A DNA stretch of 64,000 nt from assembly GCA_040003455.1 (NCBI GenBank), contig JBDUCM010000009.1:939-64938 (forward strand). Direction: 5' to 3'. The notes under the pieces are model-generated. The model made no database searches and was not told the DNA's origin. It saw only the letters and a list, made by a program, of their open reading frames with translations. Shown here piece after piece: positions 19,379 through 27,738 of this stretch. This DNA comes from a bacterium. GTDB lineage: Bacteria; Gemmatimonadota; Gemmatimonadetes; Gemmatimonadales; Gemmatimonadaceae. The first letter of the stretch is position 1. Each line of letters starts with the position of its first letter. A program made the translations under genes and the position numbers.

Positions 19379-21781
19379 CTACGCTCCAACGTCCACTCGA
19401 CCATCGCCAGTGATGGCCCATCCGTCCACTCGACGCACTGCTTCCACCGCGCCCGACCCGTGAACCATCATCCCATCCAGGCTGATGGTCGCGTCGGTCC
19501 CATAGAGCGCCACGGCGCTGACACTGCCGTCCGTTGCATACCGAACGAATGCGGCATCCGCGTGCATTTCGACACTGTCCAGACGCACCAATCCAGTATC
19601 GGCCGTCCGGAGCAGAACAAGATCACGTATATCAGGACGATTGACGACCACTGCACGTCCCTGATTCACTGGCACCTCTACCACGGAAACGGCCATTCCT
19701 GCGGCCGCGGGGATCAGGGCGGTGATCAGGTCTCGGCGGCCGCTGCCCCGGGCGATGACCCGGCCGTGCGGTGCTCGCGTCCGCACCCCGTAGGCGCGAG
19801 AAACCCAGTCCTCTCCCCACTCGAGCGCGTCCACATCTCCAGCGACGCCGAAAAATAGCCCACTCCCGGCGCCCTGGCATTCCGCGTTGATCCACGCGGT
19901 GGTGGACGTTGTCGATGCGACCGTTGCTCCGGGAGCAAGCTGGAAGTGCGCCACCGACTCATGATCCCCCTGTCCGACGATGGAATCAACGACGATCCAA
20001 TAGTCGCCGCGGACGAAAAGTACCGATCTCCGATGCGTCACGGGATCCGGCAGGCGCGAAAATCCACCGTGGCTGCCGACGAGGCGATCCGTGAGCGCAC
20101 CCGCCCACCAGTTCTCCACCACGCCATTGGTCCGCTGTGCCCATGAAAACGGCCCCGAGGGTACCGCGGCAGACTCCCCGTCCACGCTCACCGTATTGTG
20201 TGCGGCGGAGTGCCGAAAGCGGTCGCGCTCGAAGGCAGAGCCCGTATACGTATACGTGCCCGGATCCACGATGATAGCGCAGCCCGCTACCGACACCTCG
20301 ATGGACAGCAAGTCCGAGTGCGCGTGGCCGCAGTTCATGGCGCCGAACGGGCCGCAGTCGATGGTCGCGTGCTTGGTGAGGGGCCCCCACCCGTCTCGCA
20401 TGATGGCGTAACCACCCTCGCGGAACAGGCGCGACCCGTGCCCCGGCTCCCTTCCGCGATACCCATCGTATCGCCGGACGCCATCCGGGCCGAGCAGCCA
20501 CAAGAGCTCCTCGCCCGCCTCGCCTCCAGCCGCGGCCAGTTCCGGCAGGTCGAGCACGACCGCCACAGCCGACAAGGTCGATCGGACATCCAGGCAATCA
20601 CGGTCCTCAAGTGCCACCAAGCGCCCCCCATCATCGTCTCCGATGATGGGGATAGTGCCATCCGGACGGGTGAAATCCGCGAGCGCAGCCGCCGCGAGCC
20701 CGAGACGATCTCGCATCGCCGCCGGAACGGTCATTCCGCCGCCCTCGGCCATCATCAGCGCATGGAGGTAGATGTCAACCGTGTACCGATGATAGTACGT
20801 GGACTGTTCGAAATAGACGCCATCAGTGTGCACGTGCCGAATCAACTCGCGCTCCAGGATTTCCCATCCGAGTGCCCTCCAGCGCGCGGCGCGCTTGAAT
20901 TCCGGCAGCATCGTCCCGAGGTACAGCAATCCAAGCGCTTCACCAGTGAGGTGCGTGTTCGGCGAGAAGTACGTTGAGAGGTATCGCTCGAGATGGCGCC
21001 CGTGCGAATAGAAGAACTTCAACTGCCGTTGGAGCACCGCCGGAGTCAGTTCCGGCGCGCCGCGAAACAGCTCCATCGCCCAGAGCCACGCGATTGCGCG
21101 GTACGCGACCTCGAGGCTGCTTGCCCAGTTCACACCGTCCTTCGGTGGGTTCGCGTCCATCCACGACGACAGCTGCGCTACGAAGCATGCGGCGTAGTCC
21201 GCGCGGCCTGTTGCCTGATACGCCCGACCAAGGATCATCAGGTGCTGATGTCGGTTGAGCTCCCAGATCACCTTGTGATCGCCGATGATCTCGGCGTTCA
21301 GGTAGGGGATGCGACTCCAGTGCACCCGTGGCGCCCGCTTGCCCGCAACGGGATCCAGATGCCAGTCGATCGGAGACCCGAACGAGAGATCACGATGGCC
21401 AAGCAGATCGAACTGGCCGGAGAGGATGCGGTCCGCAGTGGCGATCAATTGCGAAAGGTGCGACGACCAGCGCGGCGACTGAAGTTCTCGCGCACTCGAG
21501 CCGTCGCGGACCCCTGCGAAGAAGGACGGGACTACACGATGTGTGAAATGGTCGTGCAGGCGCGTGGCGGTGTTTCCTTCTCCAGGTATTCGCGATGCAT
21601 CCAGCAGCGACCACTGTGCCTGGTCCGTCGGCTCGCCAATCGTTGTCGCCAGGCCCCGATACTCCAGCTCCGATGCCAACGCCTGTGCGGTGCGCTCGCG
21701 CAACTCGCTCATGGAGCGTCCCTTGAGCTTCTCGAACCGCCGAAGGATTGCCTTCAACCGCCAGTCGCCAACGGCCGTCAT
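19379..21781 (-). CDS. Heparinase II/III-like protein (alginate-lyase-like N-domain plus heparinase II/III C-domain), no signal peptide
   Basis: DWHLDP..RIPYLN...DHKVIWELNRHQHL..LGRAY....Y......L.SW...NP...GVNWASSLEVAYRAIAWLW is the typical heparinase II/III N-terminal toroid signature, and the C-terminal part has GHAHSDLLS. I chose the start at 21781, which forms an ATGA overlap with the stop of the upstream GT4 gene. The N-terminus MTAVGDWRLKAILRRFEKLKGRS is hydrophilic. Confidence 0.8.
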   Translation of the reverse strand: MTAVGDWRLKAILRRFEKLKGRSMSELRERTAQALASELEYRGLATTIGEPTDQAQWSLLDASRIPGEGNTATRLHDHFTHRVVPSFFAGVRDGSSARELQSPRWSSHLSQLIATADRILSGQFDLLGHRDLSFGSPIDWHLDPVAGKRAPRVHWSRIPYLNAEIIGDHKVIWELNRHQHLMILGRAYQATGRADYAACFVAQLSSWMDANPPKDGVNWASSLEVAYRAIAWLWAMELFRGAPELTPAVLQRQLKFFYSHGRHLERYLSTYFSPNTHLTGEALGLLYLGTMLPEFKRAARWRALGWEILERELIRHVHTDGVYFEQSTYYHRYTVDIYLHALMMAEGGGMTVPAAMRDRLGLAAAALADFTRPDGTIPIIGDDDGGRLVALEDRDCLDVRSTLSAVAVVLDLPELAAAGGEAGEELLWLLGPDGVRRYDGYRGREPGHGSRLFREGGYAIMRDGWGPLTKHATIDCGPFGAMNCGHAHSDLLSIEVSVAGCAIIVDPGTYTYTGSAFERDRFRHSAAHNTVSVDGESAAVPSGPFSWAQRTNGVVENWWAGALTDRLVGSHGGFSRLPDPVTHRRSVLFVRGDYWIVVDSIVGQGDHESVAHFQLAPGATVASTTSTTAWINAECQGAGSGLFFGVAGDVDALEWGEDWVSRAYGVRTRAPHGRVIARGSGRRDLITALIPAAAGMAVSVVEVPVNQGRAVVVNRPDIRDLVLLRTADTGLVRLDSVEMHADAAFVRYATDGSVSAVALYGTDATISLDGMMVHGSGAVEAVRRVDGWAITGDGRVDVGA

Positions 21782-22944
21782 CGTTCGCCCGGGACCGCAG
21801 CTTGAGCCGGACCGGTCGCCACACTGGAATTCGCACGCATCAGCCCGCGATACAAGCTCGCCCACTCCACGGAGACCGCCTCCCACACGTACTTCTGCAG
21901 ACACTCGGCGCGCGCACGAGCGGCCAGCGCGCGAGCGCTCTCCGGTGAGTCGAGAAGCGAGAGTGCTGATGCCGCGAGTGCCACATGATCGTTGCTTGGG
22001 GTCATCATTCCCGTCTCACCGTGCTTGACGATGAACGGGATGCCCCCCGCATCGGTGGTCACGACGGGAATTCCCGAGGCGAACGCCTCGATCACCGAGT
22101 TCGGCATGTTGTCGATATTCGGTGAATTCAGGTAGATGTCCGCGGCGCCATAAAACTCGCGCATGCGCTGCGGTGGGATCTTGCCGACGAAGGTCACGTT
22201 TTTCAGGCACAGTTCGGACGACAGTTGCTCGAGTGCGGGACGTTCGGCCCCCTCGCCCACCACCGTGAGCACGGCCTCTGGAAAGCGTGTCTGGATGATG
22301 GCGAACGCCCGCAGAGTGCACGCGACGTTGTACAGGGCCTCGAGGTTTCGGTTGCTGAGAAAGACGGGTCGAATGGTCGTCCGCTCGCGATAGTCGATGC
22401 CGTCGAGATCCACGAAATTCAGGATCGCCCGCGCGTGCAGGCCGAACCGTGCGAACACTTCGACCAGGTATCCCGACGGCGTCACGATCTCGTTTGCCAA
22501 ACGCATGGAACGCCGAGCGTTCGGGAAACGCGCGAGGTGATCAGACGCTTCTCCACTCCTGTAATTGAGCACCACACGCTTCCCGAACGCACGAGCCGCG
22601 ATCATCGCCGGCAACGGTGCCAGGAGGTACGACGCATAGGATGCCGAGAAGGCGTGCACCACATCGTAGCGCCACAACGTCGTGAGCAGCGATGTCCAAT
22701 ACGCCGCAGACGTGACGACGGTGCGGACATATTTGATGCGCTGCAATGCCCGAAACGGACCGGGTAGGCGTGGATTTACAGGGAGGAACCCGATCTCCAT
22801 TCCTTCGAGTTCGCTCAACCGACGGAGCAGGCGAGACACCTGCACCGCTTGCCCGCCGAGAATGTCCATCGAAGGACCCACCAGGCACACACGAATCGGC
22901 TTGTCCGTGTCCTGCCCGCGATCAGGCTGCGACGACACGAGCAC
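21778..22944 (-). CDS. Glycosyltransferase family 4-like
   Basis: 388 aa. IRVCLVGPSMDILGGQAVQ forms the N-domain, and LNSPNIDNMPNSVIEAFASGIPVVTTDAGGIPFIV is the EX7E region. GTG start at 22944. Confidence 0.85.
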   Translation of the reverse strand: MLVSSQPDRGQDTDKPIRVCLVGPSMDILGGQAVQVSRLLRRLSELEGMEIGFLPVNPRLPGPFRALQRIKYVRTVVTSAAYWTSLLTTLWRYDVVHAFSASYASYLLAPLPAMIAARAFGKRVVLNYRSGEASDHLARFPNARRSMRLANEIVTPSGYLVEVFARFGLHARAILNFVDLDGIDYRERTTIRPVFLSNRNLEALYNVACTLRAFAIIQTRFPEAVLTVVGEGAERPALEQLSSELCLKNVTFVGKIPPQRMREFYGAADIYLNSPNIDNMPNSVIEAFASGIPVVTTDAGGIPFIVKHGETGMMTPSNDHVALAASALSLLDSPESARALAARARAECLQKYVWEAVSVEWASLYRGLMRANSSVATGPAQAAVPGER

Positions 22945-22989
22945 CTCCGTCTGCGGCGTGTGGATAAGCCTCCGCCGCGATCAGCTCAG

Positions 22990-24852
22990 TCATCGCGGGG
23001 AGGTTCGCCGAGTACTCGCGTCCCGCAAGGCGGACAGCCACAGATCGAGCACCAGGATGCGCCACAGAAAATGACTGTGGTCACGGCGCCCGGTGGTGTG
23101 CTCCCGAACCAACCGGAGGACGCTTTCGTGATCCACGAACTCGTAGACGGGGCGGGCCGTGGAGAGGAGTGCATCTAGTCGATGGCGAAGCTCGTGCTTG
23201 AACCAATGCTTGATTGGCACGGCAAACCCTCGCTTGGGTTGCGTGAACACCGAGTCGGGTACCAATCCCTTGATTGCCTCTCGCAACACCCACTTTCCGG
23301 TGCCGTCCCGACGCTTGAAATGACCCGGCAACGCCACCGCGAACTCCACGAGGGGATGGTCGAGCAGTGGCACGCGTGCCTCGAGCGAGACGCGCATGCT
23401 GGCGCGATCCACCTTCGTCAGGATATCGCCGGGCAGGTAGCTGGCGAGATCCACGAGTGTCATTTGCGTGAGGAAATCGCGATCAGCCGCCGGATCGAAC
23501 CAGCGGTCGAGCAGCACATCCATGGAGTGCTGTTCCGCAATCTCCCGCACGGCCCCGCCCTCGTTGATGGGCAACGCCTGCGCGACCGTAGCCGCATACT
23601 GCCCGCGCCGTCCTCGCGACATGTTCAGCAGCTTGTTGCGGCCGAGCGTCGCGTGGGAGAGCCGGACCGCGGCGGCACGTGCCAACTTGCGCGCCGGACG
23701 TATGAGTTCGCCGGTGTTTTCTGCCACGGCGTATCGCGTATATCCGCCAAACAGCTCATCCCCGCCGTCGCCGGACAGGGCCACGGTAACGTGCTCCCTC
23801 GCGAGCCGTGATACGAGGAGCGTAGGCAGCGCCGAGGAATCGCCAAACGGTTCGTCGAACGTTTCGACAAGCTCCTCAATCAGCGCCTCGGCATCGGGCC
23901 GAACGATCAGTTCCGTGTGTTTCGTGCCGAGGGCCTTCGCGACTTGCGCGGCGTGCGGTGCCTCGTTGTATTCGCGTTCCTCGAAACCAATCGAGAAGGT
24001 CTCCACTTGCGCTGATGATACCCGCGTCATCTGCGCGACGACTGTGGAGGAATCGATACCGCCTGACAGGAATGCCCCAAGGCGCACATCCGACATCAGG
24101 TGTGATTCCACTGAGTCGGCAATCAGCCGGCGCAATTCCTCGATGATCTCGCGCTCATCGGTGACGGTCGTCTCCGGGCGGATGGCGGTCCAGTACTGCG
24201 TGATCTCCGCGCCGGACTGCGCATTCCACGTGAGAACGTGGCCGGGGGCGAGCTTGCGTACGCCGCGAAAAATGCAGGCGGGATCCGGGACGTAGCCCAG
24301 CGCGAGATATTCGTGAATTGCTGTGGTGTCCAGTTCGCGCGGAAAATGCTCCAGCGCAAGGAACGACTTCAATTCAGACGCGAACGCAATGCCGTCGTCC
24401 GTGAGCCAGTAGTACAAGGGTTTGATGCCCAGCCGGTCTCGGGCGAGCAGCAGGCGCTGCGCCTTGTCGTCCCACATCGCGAACGCGAACATCCCGCGCA
24501 AGCGCTGGACCATGTCCGGGCCGTCTTCCTCGTAGAGATGCACCAGGACTTCGGTGTCGGTACGGGACCGGAGCACATGGTGGCCGCCAAGCTGCGCGCG
24601 CAACGCGTTGTGGTTGTAGATCTCGCCGTTGTAGACGACGTGCACCGTGCCGTCCTCATTCGAGATCGGCTGCGATCCGCCAGCGGGATCGATCACACTC
24701 AGGCGACGCATGCCGAGCGCGATCCCTTCCCCGACGTGATGTCCTTCTTCGTCGGGACCACGATGCCGAATCGCACCGCACATCAACGTCAACTCGGCCT
24801 CAGCGGCCTCCTTCGAGCGGCGCCAGCCGGCGTACCCCGCAATGCCGCACAC
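22990..24852 (-). CDS. Asparagine synthase (glutamine-hydrolysing)-like amidotransferase, EPS-locus paralog 2
   Basis: 620 aa starting (GTG) MCGIAGYAG, with PP-loop FLSGGIDSSTV. The start codon abuts the stop of the upstream Wzy-like gene. Confidence 0.9.
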   Translation of the reverse strand: MCGIAGYAGWRRSKEAAEAELTLMCGAIRHRGPDEEGHHVGEGIALGMRRLSVIDPAGGSQPISNEDGTVHVVYNGEIYNHNALRAQLGGHHVLRSRTDTEVLVHLYEEDGPDMVQRLRGMFAFAMWDDKAQRLLLARDRLGIKPLYYWLTDDGIAFASELKSFLALEHFPRELDTTAIHEYLALGYVPDPACIFRGVRKLAPGHVLTWNAQSGAEITQYWTAIRPETTVTDEREIIEELRRLIADSVESHLMSDVRLGAFLSGGIDSSTVVAQMTRVSSAQVETFSIGFEEREYNEAPHAAQVAKALGTKHTELIVRPDAEALIEELVETFDEPFGDSSALPTLLVSRLAREHVTVALSGDGGDELFGGYTRYAVAENTGELIRPARKLARAAAVRLSHATLGRNKLLNMSRGRRGQYAATVAQALPINEGGAVREIAEQHSMDVLLDRWFDPAADRDFLTQMTLVDLASYLPGDILTKVDRASMRVSLEARVPLLDHPLVEFAVALPGHFKRRDGTGKWVLREAIKGLVPDSVFTQPKRGFAVPIKHWFKHELRHRLDALLSTARPVYEFVDHESVLRLVREHTTGRRDHSHFLWRILVLDLWLSALRDASTRRTSPR

Positions 24853-26274
24853 CTACGCGGTTGCTCCCGACAGATTGGCCGCAACCTGCGCCACCGGTTG
24901 CACGCGCTTGCCGCGCTTGATCTGTTTTGGCCCGCCCCCTTCCTGCGCGAGCAGTTCGGTCAGCGCGTAGATCGTCACGAGATGAATGTGCGTTTGAGAG
25001 ACAGCCGCGTAGGAACCCCAGATTCCGGCCACCATATAGCCGTAGAATCCCACCTCTGCATTGAACAGTTGAAGCGAGAGCGCGGGGTATCTCGCCTCCA
25101 TCTGTCGGCGGACGCGCCGCGCATTCTTGAGCGTAACGACGATCATACCCATGAAAATGCAGAACCCCGGTATCCCGACTTCCGCCATGACGTTCAGATA
25201 CGTGGAGTGCGTATCGCGCAGACCTCGCGCGATTGGGCTGTATCCCTGTCGACGTGCCATGACCTGGTGCGCGCGTGGATACGTCCCCAACCCTACGCCC
25301 AGGACCGGATTCTCTGAAATAATGCCCAGCGCCACGTCCCAGATGGCAAGTCGTTGGACGGACGATCCCTGATCCGCTCGACGCTGCTGATCGTACTCGT
25401 CGGGATCGAACAGCTCCGCGTCACTGCTGGTGGCCGTTTTCAGCGTCGCGAAGCGATCCCACACGCGCTGCGGGGCCACGACGGCGACGAGGGTAACCAT
25501 TGCCGCCATCACGAGTACGTGCGTAACGGTGATCCGGCGAACGTACTTCCAGCCGAGGATCGCCCCCGTGGCCACGAGCGCGATGAGGGCGCCGCGCGAC
25601 GCGGTGAGCACGATGAGTAGCACGAGCAGTCCGAGCGAGACCTGCGTGCCCAGCTTCACCCACCATTTGCGCTCCATCGCGAGGATCGCCAGACAGCACG
25701 ATACCTGAAGCAGGCAGAATGATGCGAGATCGTTCGGGTTGGAGTAAGTGAAAACCCAGATCGCGCGTCCGTCGTTGGCGGTACCCCCAGGGGTCGCCCA
25801 GGTGATCAGGGCGCCGCGAATGGGGAAGAGCGCGAAGACGATCAGGGTACCCACCAGGAAGGCGCGCACTCGTGCGCGGGAGCTGAGAACGTTGACCGCC
25901 ACGAAGATGATGGCGCCCACCTTCGCGAACTCGGTAATGCCTGTGAGTCCCTCGACGGGATACTGCGTCCCGATAAAGCACACCGCGCCCCACGCCACGA
26001 GCCCAAATGCAAGTGCGGCCAGCGGAGGCATTCGCAACGGACGCTTTTCCAACGGCAACGTGAGGATGGCCACCGCCATCGACGCAGCTCCAATCGGAAA
26101 CTTGTACGAAATGATGGCGAGCATGTAGCCCAGAAACGCGACGTACGACGGGCTCCAGTCGACGCCGAAGAACGGATTCGTGTTGTCGCCGCTTACGGCT
26201 GCGGCCTCCTTGGCGAGGCGCTGATTCGCGGAAGCTGCAGCAGCGAGAGATTTACGACTGACCGTTGCCGTCAA
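24853..26274 (-). CDS. O-antigen ligase/polymerase (Wzy-like) family membrane protein
   Basis: 473 aa with about 10-12 hydrophobic helices and a large loop containing RGALIALVATG and HSTYLNVMAEVGIPGF, as in the O-antigen ligase/Wzy_C family. The TTG start at 26274 is uncertain. Confidence 0.75.
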   Translation of the reverse strand: MTATVSRKSLAAAASANQRLAKEAAAVSGDNTNPFFGVDWSPSYVAFLGYMLAIISYKFPIGAASMAVAILTLPLEKRPLRMPPLAALAFGLVAWGAVCFIGTQYPVEGLTGITEFAKVGAIIFVAVNVLSSRARVRAFLVGTLIVFALFPIRGALITWATPGGTANDGRAIWVFTYSNPNDLASFCLLQVSCCLAILAMERKWWVKLGTQVSLGLLVLLIVLTASRGALIALVATGAILGWKYVRRITVTHVLVMAAMVTLVAVVAPQRVWDRFATLKTATSSDAELFDPDEYDQQRRADQGSSVQRLAIWDVALGIISENPVLGVGLGTYPRAHQVMARRQGYSPIARGLRDTHSTYLNVMAEVGIPGFCIFMGMIVVTLKNARRVRRQMEARYPALSLQLFNAEVGFYGYMVAGIWGSYAAVSQTHIHLVTIYALTELLAQEGGGPKQIKRGKRVQPVAQVAANLSGATA

Positions 26275-26580
26275 TGCGGTGTCCGTTCAAATGAGCCATC
26301 ATATCGGGGCTGCGCCGGGCCGTGGCGCCTCCATGTTTTCCGCGTCAACCGCGTCCACGCACCGCCGTTGCACCCGCGGACCTTCAGCGGGCCGGTACCC
26401 CTTTAAGGTAGACGATTCGCTGCGCAGATCGTCTCTTCCCGAGCATACCCCCGTCGGTGACCGAAGATGCCGCCTCGTTGCGTGAAGGGCGCCAGCAAAC
26501 GAAACGGGAACGCGGCCGGCGAGCCAGCTCGCCGTGCGTTCCCGCTGCTTGAAGTCTGCAATGGCACCCTTTCCAACTCA

Positions 26581-26602
26581 TCGCGACCGAGTCTGGTCGC
26601 GA
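26581..26602 (-). terminator. Hairpin 10 nt downstream of the sugar-transferase stop (possible intra-operon attenuator/terminator)
   Basis: TCGCGACC / GGTCGCGA is a perfect 8-bp stem with a 6-nt loop. The U-tract is weak. Confidence 0.35.
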
Positions 26603-26611
26603 CGTCTGGTG

Positions 26612-27535
26612 CTAGAGACCGCCCTTTCGGAAGATCATGACCGGCAGCGTCATGGTCATGATCCGCAAGTCGTGCGCAAGGCTCTGGCGCTTCATGTATT
26701 CGAGGTCGTACTGGACCTTCCGACGGACGTCTTCCACGCAGGCGTCGTACGCCTGGTTGATCTGCGCCCAGCCCGTGATGCCCGGCTTCACGCGCTGGCG
26801 CATCGGGTATTCGGGAATGTTGCGGCGGAGATCGGCGAAAATGGTCGGGCGCTCCGGGCGAGGACCAACGATGTTCATGTCGCCACGCAGGACGTTGAAC
26901 AGCTGCGGGAGTTCATCAAGGCGCGTCCGGCGAAGCATGCGACCGATCGTCGTGACCCGCGGATCGCTCTTGGCCGCCCAAACCGCCCGCCCATCCGCCT
27001 CAGCATCCTGCTGCATCGTGCGGAACTTGAACATCATGAACGGCTTGCCGCCATGATCGTATCCACGACGATCGTACTCGGTGTTGTGCCGGAAGCGACG
27101 ATCAACACCAACACGCACCTGGGAATAGAACACCGGGCCACGTGACGTCAGCCTGACGGCCAATGCAATGAGCAGAACGATCGGGGACAGCAACAAGCCC
27201 GCAACGAGGGCGATCGTAACGTTTACGACACGGCTCAAAATCTCCGAGCGCTCCGCCGGCAATACGTTCTCAATCACCGTCGTGTCAACGACAATATCAG
27301 CGATCACATCCATGTCGCGCGAAATCTCGATCACATTCGAGCCCGACACGCGATCCAGACGATTTGACCGTCGGCGGGTCGTAGCTGGAAGTTCAAGTGC
27401 CGCAGAAACCGCTCCCTGCATAGTAAAACGTCCTCCGTCGAACCGTTTGTCGCACTTTGAGCGCTCATCAAACCCGCTCTCGCTTGCAGATAGCTCCAAT
27501 GCAGTCCGCGTGCTCAATTCTCTCTCGTGTTCCAT
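26612..27535 (-). CDS. Polyprenyl-phosphate sugar phosphotransferase (bacterial sugar transferase, WbaP/EpsB C-terminal type)
   Basis: 307 aa. A TM helix is followed by SRGPVFYSQVRVG...FMMFKFRTM....A....DPRVT.IGR.LR.T.LDELPQLFNVLRGDMNIVGPRPERP, the canonical Bac_transf signature. Confidence 0.88.
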   Translation of the reverse strand: MEHERELSTRTALELSASESGFDERSKCDKRFDGGRFTMQGAVSAALELPATTRRRSNRLDRVSGSNVIEISRDMDVIADIVVDTTVIENVLPAERSEILSRVVNVTIALVAGLLLSPIVLLIALAVRLTSRGPVFYSQVRVGVDRRFRHNTEYDRRGYDHGGKPFMMFKFRTMQQDAEADGRAVWAAKSDPRVTTIGRMLRRTRLDELPQLFNVLRGDMNIVGPRPERPTIFADLRRNIPEYPMRQRVKPGITGWAQINQAYDACVEDVRRKVQYDLEYMKRQSLAHDLRIMTMTLPVMIFRKGGL

Positions 27536-27738
27536 TCCACGTAACGTTTTTTATTACAACGACTTGCGAAATATCATGACCGGCGACGGTCATTTTGTCC
27601 ATGCGTCGTTGTTGCTCTGATCCAACACAAATCGGCGCGACTGCAACAAGCTAAAATTCGGTGCCAGACCAAGGGAAAGAAAAGCGCGGCGGATCTGGTT
27701 GATTCGCCGCGCCAGTCCAGCAAGAAACGAGCGCCCGT

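Noticed and set aside
27661-27666. Perfect TGGCAC hexamer (minus strand) upstream of the sugar-transferase gene
   Set aside because: The position where the -12 TTGC should fall reads TTTA, and the nearest GC is out of register. It is not a credible sigma-54 promoter on its own.
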